From: Pseudomonadota bacterium
Lineage (GTDB): Bacteria; Desulfobacterota; Syntrophia; Syntrophales; Fen-1087
Reading direction: 5' to 3'
Assembly (NCBI GenBank): GCA_043805145.1
Contig: JAZDIK010000032.1
Span: forward strand, 15,485 to 79,484
DNA: 64,000 nucleotides
Part shown: in pieces, positions 38,546 through 45,953 of the stretch
Layout of the letters: every line of letters begins with the position of its first letter
Position numbering within the stretch: position 1 is the first letter of the stretch
Position numbers and translations under genes: made by a program
The notes under the pieces: model-generated
What the model saw: the letters and a program-made list of their open reading frames with translations, nothing else
The model's database searches: none
What the model was told of the DNA's origin: nothing

Positions 38546-39328
38546 ATGTTCCTAATAAAAAAGATCATTTCTCCGTTATTCTACCCCTTAACCCTGTGCC
38601 TGATCCTCATGATCTGCGGATTATTTCTCCTTTGGCTTACGAAACGGCAAAAAAGCGGTAAGATTCTGGTATCCATGGGTGTCGTTTTTATGGTTGCGCT
38701 CAGTTATGGAATGATTTCCGACTTTCTGCTGAAGTCTCTGGAAAGAACCTTTCCGCCGCTTCTGATGGAAACGCTCCCCGAGCCTGTTCCCTTTAAACAG
38801 AAAGTGAAATGGATCGTTGTGCTCGGCGGCGGGCATACCTCTGATCCCGGACTCCCCGTAACCAGCCAGATTTCATTCGAGTCTCTTGCCCGGATGACAG
38901 AAGCCGTGCGCCTCTATCGTCGTTTGCCGGGGACGAAATTCATCCTGTCGGGCGGTGCCGTCTTCGATCCCGTCTCCAACGCCCGGATTTATTTCAAAAC
39001 GGCCCGAATCATGGGCGTCCCTGCACAAGATCTCGTGCTGTCTGAACAGGCCAGGGACACGGAAGAGGAGGCGCGCTTTATTGAGAAGATGGTCGGCAAG
39101 GATCCTTTAATACTGGTAACTTCAGCGTTCCACATGCCCAGAGCGATGGCATTGTTCAAAGAACAGGGGATGGATCCGATCCCGGCGCCGGTGGCGCACT
39201 TCGTGAAAGAGCGATCCTATCGCGCCCCCGGAGAGTTCTTTCCCTCCACCTGGGACCTGCACAAAGCGCAAATGGCCGTCCATGAATATTTAGGCATTGC
39301 CTGGTCCAAATTGAGGGGCCGGATATAA
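38546..39328 (+). CDS. DUF218 (YdcF/ElyC/SanA-like) envelope protein
   Basis: Start at MFLIKKII. N-terminal TM segments, VVLGGGH and ILVTSAFHMPRA motifs of DUF218. Confidence 0.7.
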   Translation: MFLIKKIISPLFYPLTLCLILMICGLFLLWLTKRQKSGKILVSMGVVFMVALSYGMISDFLLKSLERTFPPLLMETLPEPVPFKQKVKWIVVLGGGHTSDPGLPVTSQISFESLARMTEAVRLYRRLPGTKFILSGGAVFDPVSNARIYFKTARIMGVPAQDLVLSEQARDTEEEARFIEKMVGKDPLILVTSAFHMPRAMALFKEQGMDPIPAPVAHFVKERSYRAPGEFFPSTWDLHKAQMAVHEYLGIAWSKLRGRI

Positions 39329-39412
39329 AGCTTGAATTCCATATTTTGAAATGTTAGATGTCGACATGGATATCCATGAAATACGGAAGCTCTCGCGTCA
39401 CAGGAGGAACAA

Positions 39413-41140
39413 ATGAAAAAGATTTGGGGAATATTCTTTTGTCTGTCTTTCTTGATACTGCTGACGTCGTCAGGAGCGATGGCCGGGGAAAAGAAGCTCG
39501 TTGCCGTTCTTCCCTTTACGGTAAACAGCGCGGAAAATATCGATTATGTCCGGCAGGGGATCTGGGACATGCTTGCCTCACGGATTTCCGTCAGTGACAA
39601 AATTGACGTAGCAAGCAAGGACGCTGTTATGGAAGCCCTGAGAAAACGGGGGGGACAAGAACCGGATCTGGCCGATGTTTACGGGCTGGGCAAGATCCTG
39701 AATATGGATTATATTGTCTGGGGCAGTATCACAAAAATCGGCAACAGCTTCAGTGTTGATGGGAAGCTGATTGACATCGCGGCATCCAAGTCTTCCGTCG
39801 GGGTTTTTACACAATCCCAAGGCATGGACGACCTCATCCCGAAGATCACCGATTTTGCAAAACGGATTAACGCTCATATCTTGGGAACCGTTCCGTCCGA
39901 GTTCAACCAGGCGGCAGCGCCGGTGACGCCAGCCGTGCCGGCCCCTCCTCCCGCCACCGTGCAATCCTCGCGGGAATCACAAATCATTTCTGGGATGAAG
40001 GCCGGCCGCAAGGGAACCTATACCGCCCTGATTAATCCTGATTTCATCACGGGCACGGGTCCCCTGGATAAAAAGAATTTCTGGATGAGCGACAGGCGGC
40101 CCACTGAATTCAGGGGCATGGATATCGGGGACGTGAACGGAGACGGCCTGAACGAAACAGTCCTGATTGACGCCAATACGATTTATATTTACCAGAAAAA
40201 GGGGGACGCTTTTACGCTCCTTCAGACCATCAAGGGAAATCCTTCCGATAATTACATTGCCCTGGATGTCGCGGATATTAATCAGAGTGGGATTAAGCAA
40301 ATTTTTGTGACAAATCACCGCACAGATACGGTCGACAGTTTTGTCCTTGAATACCGGGGTGACAAATATGTCAAGATCGCTTCCGGGATTCACTGGTTTT
40401 TAAGGGTCATCAACACATCCGCGGGACCCCCTATGTTGTTGGGACAAGCGAAGGGAATTGAAAAGCCCTTTGATTCAGAGATCTATGAAATCCTCTGGTC
40501 CGGCGGCCATTACAGGCAAGGCAAAAAACAGATGATTCCACGGGGGCTTTCTGTCTATGGCCTGACCCTTGACACCCTGTCTGGGATGGGCAAGGACAGG
40601 GTCATTGCCCTCAATCAGGACGATTATCTCTGTATTTACGAGCCGACGGATAAGCCATTATGGCAACTCCAGACCTTAGGGGGAAACGACAAGCTGCTCT
40701 GGAAAAGTGTTGAGAATTTCGGTGGAAGCAACCTCTATGTGGAAAATTTAAATGAGCCGATAATTGAGGATTACGAGAAAAAAACGTTCATCAACTTGAG
40801 AATTTTGACCTATGATACGAATAACGATGGGACAAGAGAGATCGTCATCGTGAAGAATATCTCTTCTGCGGCGAGACTTTTCAAGAATATCAGACTCTTC
40901 ACAGCCGCCGAGGTTTATAACCTCAGCTGGGACGGCCTTGGCCTCCTGGAAAACTGGCGGACCCGGAAGATCAGCGGATATGTCGCCGATTACCAATTCA
41001 AAGACATCGATAACGACGGCGAAAATGAAGTTGTGCTGGCCTTGGTCCTCTCCACGGGCCCGTCGCTGACGGGCAGAAGCGTGGTGGTGGCCTATAAAAT
41101 GCGGCCTCAACAGACAAACGAACCCGTAGAACAACGATGA
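39413..41140 (+). CDS. Secreted FG-GAP/VCBS-repeat protein with an N-terminal LpoB/CsgG-like module
   Basis: 575 aa. Signal peptide (LILLTSSGAMA), N-terminal module KKLVAVLPFTVNS...DYIVWGSITKIG, Pro/Ala linker AAPVTPAVPAPPPA, then Ca-binding-like FG-GAP motifs DVNGDGLNE, DIDNDGENEVV, TNNDGTREIV. Confidence 0.6.
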   Translation: MKKIWGIFFCLSFLILLTSSGAMAGEKKLVAVLPFTVNSAENIDYVRQGIWDMLASRISVSDKIDVASKDAVMEALRKRGGQEPDLADVYGLGKILNMDYIVWGSITKIGNSFSVDGKLIDIAASKSSVGVFTQSQGMDDLIPKITDFAKRINAHILGTVPSEFNQAAAPVTPAVPAPPPATVQSSRESQIISGMKAGRKGTYTALINPDFITGTGPLDKKNFWMSDRRPTEFRGMDIGDVNGDGLNETVLIDANTIYIYQKKGDAFTLLQTIKGNPSDNYIALDVADINQSGIKQIFVTNHRTDTVDSFVLEYRGDKYVKIASGIHWFLRVINTSAGPPMLLGQAKGIEKPFDSEIYEILWSGGHYRQGKKQMIPRGLSVYGLTLDTLSGMGKDRVIALNQDDYLCIYEPTDKPLWQLQTLGGNDKLLWKSVENFGGSNLYVENLNEPIIEDYEKKTFINLRILTYDTNNDGTREIVIVKNISSAARLFKNIRLFTAAEVYNLSWDGLGLLENWRTRKISGYVADYQFKDIDNDGENEVVLALVLSTGPSLTGRSVVVAYKMRPQQTNEPVEQR

Positions 41141-41191
41141 AACAATGGTTGACAAAACAATCATCCTGTCATATGAACGCGCGACTGATGC

Positions 41192-41268
41192 GGCGGTGTA
41201 GCTCAGCCGGTTAGAGCATACGGCTCATATCCGTAGTGTCCGGGGTTCAATTCCCTGCACCGCCACCA
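41192..41268 (+). tRNA. tRNA with anticodon CAT (elongator Met; a lysidine-modified Ile2 cannot be excluded)
   Basis: Hand-folded. Acceptor GGCGGTG/CACCGCC, anticodon stem TACGG/CCGTA with loop CTCATAT, 77 nt including CCA. It lacks initiator features (no C1-A72 mismatch, no GGG/CCC anticodon stem). Confidence 0.85.
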
Positions 41269-41277
41269 AAAATGATG

Positions 41278-41306
41278 AAGCCTGGCCTCATGTCAGGCTT
41301 TTTTTA
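41278..41306 (+). terminator. Rho-independent terminator after the tRNA
   Basis: AAGCCTG-gcctcatgt-CAGGCTT followed by TTTTTAT. Confidence 0.65.
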
Positions 41307-41316
41307 TGATGAGTTT

Positions 41317-42177
41317 ATGGACCCGGCAATCCTGGAACAAAAAGAATACTTTCTGCAGGCGGTTATCGAAAAACTGGGGCGCCTTCCCATCGACTTTGCC
41401 GAACAACTGGCTTTCATTCATTCCACCCGGAATTCATTGGAAAGCTATTCGGCGGCAGGGGTGCTGTTGCTCCTTTATTTCCGTCAGGACGCCGCTCCGG
41501 CCATGATCGGGCAAGGGAAATATTGTATTCAACTGATCAAACGTTCCGCTCGCGTATCCCAGCCCGGTGATCTGAGCTGCCCCGGAGGCATGCTGGCGCC
41601 ACGACTGGACGTCTTACTGACGCCGTTGATGGTATATGGAATCATTCCCGTTCTGGGAGGGGTCGCAAAGCAATATGCCCGGCTGAGGCCATCCGCTGAA
41701 TTTGACGCATTGATGCTTTTTCTGACCGGAGCCGTCCGGGAAGCATGGGAAGAAATCCGATTGAGTCCCTTCAATGTACAATTTCTTGGCCCCCTGCCCT
41801 GCCATTCGTTGGTTCTTTTCCGCAGAACGATTTTTCCGCTGGTCGGCCTCGTTAAAAACATGCCCAGCTATCGGCCCAATCATGAGGTTGAACGGATCGT
41901 GGAAATCCCGCTGGAAGCTTTTTTTAAGAAAGAAAATTTCGCCCGGCTTCAGATTCATGCCGTGGATTCCATCAAACGCGGTGATCAGACATCATGGGAG
42001 CTTCCCTGTTTTATCCAGAGGGAGGGAGAAAACGGGCAGGACGTCCTCTGGGGCGCCACTTTTCATATCATCGTCCGCTTTCTGGAAATTCTTTTCGATT
42101 TTAAGCTGCCAGATATCAGCTTGCATCCGGTAATCACGAGGACTCTGGGGCAAACCTATATTACCGGAGCCAGATAG
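41317..42177 (+). CDS. Divergent NUDIX-like (CoA-pyrophosphatase-like) protein
   Basis: Start taken at MDPAILEQ, after the tRNA terminator; the track ORF start at 41236 overlaps the tRNA. LIKRSARVSQPGDLSCPGG and REAWEEIRL resemble the two halves of a Nudix box but are separated by about 45 extra residues. Confidence 0.45.
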   Translation: MDPAILEQKEYFLQAVIEKLGRLPIDFAEQLAFIHSTRNSLESYSAAGVLLLLYFRQDAAPAMIGQGKYCIQLIKRSARVSQPGDLSCPGGMLAPRLDVLLTPLMVYGIIPVLGGVAKQYARLRPSAEFDALMLFLTGAVREAWEEIRLSPFNVQFLGPLPCHSLVLFRRTIFPLVGLVKNMPSYRPNHEVERIVEIPLEAFFKKENFARLQIHAVDSIKRGDQTSWELPCFIQREGENGQDVLWGATFHIIVRFLEILFDFKLPDISLHPVITRTLGQTYITGAR

Positions 42178-42217
42178 ACGACCTGGATTGGCTTTCCACA
42201 GCCAGTCCTGTTTTCAC

Positions 42218-42246
42218 TTGACAAGCGCCCGTCCATTGCATAGTTA
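42218..42246 (+). promoter_or_regulatory. Candidate sigma70-type promoter for the HAD hydrolase gene
   Basis: TTGACA (42218-42223), 17-nt spacer, TAGTTA (42241-42246), about 30 nt before the TTG start. Confidence 0.4.
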
Positions 42247-42278
42247 CGGCCATCCTGACACCGGAAGAAAGGGTTTTC

Positions 42279-42950
42279 TTGACAACGAAAAAGCTTCCCC
42301 TGCGCGGCATCGTCTTTGACTTTGACGGAACACTGGCAAAACTGAATATTGATTTTTCGCGCATGCGGCAGGAGGTGCTGGCTCTGGTTTCCGGTTACCG
42401 GGTTCCCCTCCCCCGGAACGGATTAAAGGATCTTCTCGTGCTTGAAATGATCACCGCAGGCGCAGGCCTGGTGTCGCAATATCAGCCAGGCAAGGAGGCC
42501 GAATTCATCGAACGGGCCCATGCGCTTATTTCCGATATTGAAATGAAGGCAGCGCAGGGAGGCTCTCTGTTCGAAGGGACTAGGGACCTGCTACAGACGC
42601 TGCAACACAAAACCATCAAAACCGGCGTAGTCACGAGAAACTGCCTTTCTGCCGTGCAGACGCTGTTTCCGGATATTCATCAATATACCCATACCGTCAT
42701 CACCCGGGAACAGACTTCTTACGTCAAGCCCCATCCCGCTCACCTGCTGATGATGCTGAAGAAGTTGGATGTGGCCGCCGGGCGGGCCGCCATGGTCGGC
42801 GATCACCCCATGGATATCAGAACCGGCAAAAACGCCGGCGTTTGCACGATCGGCGTCCTGACTGGTTTTTCCCGGCGCGAGGACCTGGAGCAGGCGGGCG
42901 CCGATCTGGTCTTGGGTGCGGCAACGGATATCCTCGCCATTCTGGCCTGA
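42279..42950 (+). CDS. HAD-superfamily hydrolase (phosphoglycolate-phosphatase-like)
   Basis: 223 aa with a TTG start. Motif I VFDFDGTLA, motif II VTRN, motif IV VGDHPMDI. Confidence 0.8.
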   Translation: MTTKKLPLRGIVFDFDGTLAKLNIDFSRMRQEVLALVSGYRVPLPRNGLKDLLVLEMITAGAGLVSQYQPGKEAEFIERAHALISDIEMKAAQGGSLFEGTRDLLQTLQHKTIKTGVVTRNCLSAVQTLFPDIHQYTHTVITREQTSYVKPHPAHLLMMLKKLDVAAGRAAMVGDHPMDIRTGKNAGVCTIGVLTGFSRREDLEQAGADLVLGAATDILAILA

Positions 42951-43104
42951 AGAGAGGTTCTGGATTTTTCTCTATGAAAAGAATCTTGGTCGTTTCCGAT
43001 AGTCATGTCATATGAGATGCGACAAGCCATCGCTGAAGCCTGCCGAACACGCGACAGGGTGCCAAAATGGTTTTTTTTAATGAACTCGTGAAAAGTCAAA
43101 TTAT

Positions 43105-43233
43105 GAACGGCTTCGTAAAAAGGTCCGCAGGCAAGGCGCGCAAATCATGAGGAATGAGGCGTATACAGACATACGCCGCAATGACGAATGATGAAGCGCA
43201 ACGAAGCATCCGGACTATTTTGCGAAGTCGTCT
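43105..43233. repeat. About 130-bp rod-like inverted-repeat element (MITE/REP-like or structured leader RNA)
   Basis: The outer arms (43107-43127 versus 43211-43231) pair at 20 of 21 positions on plus-strand RNA: 17 Watson-Crick, 3 G-U, 1 A-A. Central hairpin GGCGTAT-acagac-ATACGCC (43158-43177) is flanked by the direct repeat ATGAGGAATGA / ATGACGAATGA. Confidence 0.6.
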
Positions 43234-43287
43234 TCTTTGTCTTGACAGAACGAGAAATTATTGTTTAGCGTGAAAAAAACGAGGAGA

Positions 43288-44670
43288 ATGATGATGAATC
43301 CGGAAGTATTTCGCGAATATGACGTCAGAGGCGTGGTGGATCGGGATCTGAATCCCGACTTTGTCCGGAAACTGGGCCAGGCGATCGGCGCCTACGCCCT
43401 GCGACATCAGGTCAGGATAATGACCGTCGGCAGGGACTGCCGCCTGAGTTCGGAACTCTATCTCAACGCCGTTGCAGAAGGGATTCGGGCAACCGGCATC
43501 GACGTCATTGACATTGGGCTTTGCGCAACAGCCATGCTTTACTATTCCATCCGTCACCTGAAAACCGACGGGGGCGTCATGGTCACCGGAAGCCATAATC
43601 CACCGGAATTCAACGGTTTCAAGGTCTGCATCGGACCCGACACGATTTACGGCGAACAAATCCAGGAACTGCGCAAAATCATGGAGCATGCGCAGTATCC
43701 AACGGGAAATGGAGCCATCAACCGCCGGGAAATCACCCGGTCTTACCAGGATTACCTGGTCAACAATGTGAAGGTCCGGCCGGGCTTAAAGATTGTGGTT
43801 GATGCCGGCAACGGCGTGGGCGGCCTGTTTGCCCTGCCCATTTTCAAACGCCTGGGCTGCGAAATCACGGATATTTACTGTGAACCGGACGGCCGCTTCC
43901 CCCATCATTTTCCGGATCCCACCATCCCGGACAACCTCAAGGACCTCATCACTCTGGTCAAGGAAAAGAAAGCGGATGTCGGTATTGCCTATGACGGCGA
44001 TGCGGACCGCCTGGGGGCGGTCACGGATGAGGGAAAAATCCTCTGGGGAGACGAACTCCTGCTGCTGTTTTCCCGTTTTATTCTTTCGGAAAACCCGGGT
44101 GCCGCGATTATCGGCGAGGTCAAATGTTCGCAGAAACTCTATGACGACATTGCCGCCCATGGCGGCCGGCCGATTATGTGGAAGGCAGGCCACTCTCTGA
44201 TCAAGGGAAAGATGAAGGAGGAAAAGGCCCTCCTGGCAGGTGAAATGAGCGGCCATCTGTTCTTTGCCGATCGCTATTTCGGCTATGACGACGCCATCTA
44301 TGCCTCCATTCGACTGCTGGAAGTTCTGTCATCATCGGGTCAAAAGCTCAGCAATATCCTTGCGGACGTCCCCATTACCTTCAGCACGCCGGAAATCCGC
44401 GTGGCCTGTCCCGATCATGTCAAGTTTCAGGTGGTGGAAGATGCCAAAACACACTTCCGGAAGGATTTCAACATCATTGACATTGACGGGGTACGGATTC
44501 CGTTCGCGGATGGATGGGGCCTGATCCGTTCATCCAACACGCAGCCCGTGCTCGTGCTGCGTTTCGAGGCAACGACAGAAGAACGCCTTCAGACCATCCG
44601 GCAGATGGTCGAAGCGGCGCTGGAAAAGATCATGAAGCGTTATTCAACGCTAAAAGGTTATGGTGCGTGA
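43288..44670 (+). CDS. Phosphomannomutase/phosphoglucomutase
   Basis: Start at MMMNPEVFREYDVRG. Active-site serine loop TGSHNPPEFNG, Mg site AYDGDADR, GEMSGH. Confidence 0.9.
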   Translation: MMMNPEVFREYDVRGVVDRDLNPDFVRKLGQAIGAYALRHQVRIMTVGRDCRLSSELYLNAVAEGIRATGIDVIDIGLCATAMLYYSIRHLKTDGGVMVTGSHNPPEFNGFKVCIGPDTIYGEQIQELRKIMEHAQYPTGNGAINRREITRSYQDYLVNNVKVRPGLKIVVDAGNGVGGLFALPIFKRLGCEITDIYCEPDGRFPHHFPDPTIPDNLKDLITLVKEKKADVGIAYDGDADRLGAVTDEGKILWGDELLLLFSRFILSENPGAAIIGEVKCSQKLYDDIAAHGGRPIMWKAGHSLIKGKMKEEKALLAGEMSGHLFFADRYFGYDDAIYASIRLLEVLSSSGQKLSNILADVPITFSTPEIRVACPDHVKFQVVEDAKTHFRKDFNIIDIDGVRIPFADGWGLIRSSNTQPVLVLRFEATTEERLQTIRQMVEAALEKIMKRYSTLKGYGA

Positions 44671-45905
44671 AACCTGAAACCATCCGCAAGATCGATATCG
44701 GCATCGGCAAGATCGCCTGCTTCATACTGACCTGCTTACGCCTGATCGTGGACAAAATCAGTCCACCAGGCCTGCCCCAAGCACCCATCAGAAAAATTCT
44801 TTTTATCAAACTGATCGAGCAGGGCGCCACCGTTCTGGCCTACAGCGCCATTCTGCGGGCGATCGACAGGGTGGGACGGCAGAACGTTTACTTTTGCGTC
44901 TTTGCAGAAAACCGGGAAATTCTGGACATCATCGATATTCTTCCCCGGGAAAACGTGTTCGTCATCCGCAACCGGCAGTTTTCCATTTTTCTCCTGGATA
45001 TTCTGCGGAGCCTTTACCGGATCCGGAAAATCGGCATCGATGTCACTGTAGATATGGAATTTTTCGCCCGGGCCTCGGCCATCCTGTCCTATCTGACCGG
45101 CGCCGCCCGGCGCGTCGGGCTGCACCGCTTCACAAGCGAGGCGCCCTATCGCGGCGATCTCATGACGCACCGCGTCAATTATAATCCCTATTTGCACACA
45201 GCAAAGACCTATAACCTGCTGGTCGAGGCCCTTCATGTATCGCCGGAAGACCTGCCGCTCGTGAAGCTGCCGGTGGACGGGTTTGAAGAAACGGCGCCGA
45301 CATTCGCGCCAGGCGACGAAGAAACCGTCAGAGTCAGGGAGATTCTAACCCAGGCGTTTCCCGGAACAGTCGAGGGACCGATTATCCTGCTGAATCCCAA
45401 TGCCAGCGATATGCTGCCCTTGCGGAAATGGGACACACAGAATTTTATCCGCCTGGGTCAGGTCATCCTGCAAGAAATTCCAAAATCCGTCGTAATCATC
45501 ACCGGTGCCCCGTCCGAACGGGAATCCGCGGAAAGGGTCTGCCGGGAAATCGGTTCGGACCGGGCCGTCTGTCTGGCCGGTAAAACGACACTGAGAGAAC
45601 TGCTGGTGCTTTATTCGCTGGCTGATATCCTGGTCACCAATGACAGCGGACCGGGTCATTTTGCCTCCATGACGGACATCCACAGCATCGTCCTGTATGG
45701 CCCGGAAACTCCGATGCTCTTCGGCGCCATCGGCGGCCGCGCCCATATTATCCATGCCGGTCTGGCCTGCAGCCCCTGCGTCAATGCCTTCAACCACCGC
45801 TTTTCCCCCTGCCGGAACAATATCTGCATGCAGTCCATCCCGGTGGAGATGGTTTACCGGCAGGTTGAGAAATGCCTCAAAGAACCCCGTCATTCGATCA
45901 ATTGA
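44667..45905 (+). CDS. Glycosyltransferase family 9 (heptosyltransferase-like)
   Basis: The likely start is GTG at 44667, overlapping the upstream stop (GTGA). C-terminal motif VTNDSGPGHFA is typical of GT9. Confidence 0.7.
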   Translation: MKPETIRKIDIGIGKIACFILTCLRLIVDKISPPGLPQAPIRKILFIKLIEQGATVLAYSAILRAIDRVGRQNVYFCVFAENREILDIIDILPRENVFVIRNRQFSIFLLDILRSLYRIRKIGIDVTVDMEFFARASAILSYLTGAARRVGLHRFTSEAPYRGDLMTHRVNYNPYLHTAKTYNLLVEALHVSPEDLPLVKLPVDGFEETAPTFAPGDEETVRVREILTQAFPGTVEGPIILLNPNASDMLPLRKWDTQNFIRLGQVILQEIPKSVVIITGAPSERESAERVCREIGSDRAVCLAGKTTLRELLVLYSLADILVTNDSGPGHFASMTDIHSIVLYGPETPMLFGAIGGRAHIIHAGLACSPCVNAFNHRFSPCRNNICMQSIPVEMVYRQVEKCLKEPRHSIN

Positions 45906-45953
45906 AACATTTGTGAATGGATCATGTTCCCTCCCTATCGACAGGGAGTGTCT

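Noticed and set aside
41236-41316. The N-terminal part of the 313-aa track ORF.
   Set aside because: It overlaps tRNA(CAT) and its terminator hairpin. The CDS start was moved to the ATG at 41317.
42803-43099. A 98-aa minus-strand ORF (MTFHEFIKKNHFG...).
   Set aside because: It overlaps the 3-prime end of the HAD gene and the repeat element at 43078-43233. The TFHEFIK-type string is the kind of spurious peptide produced by this repeat, not a gene.
44514-44666. N-terminal extensions of track ORFs that overlap the preceding gene. The same applies at 60004-60213, 25976-26041, 61016-61060, 62899-62988, 53737-53814, 38486-38545 and 48499-48564.
   Set aside because: Family-typical N-termini, RBS positions and stop/start coupling all support downstream starts. 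The extensions have Arg/Pro-rich out-of-frame-like composition.
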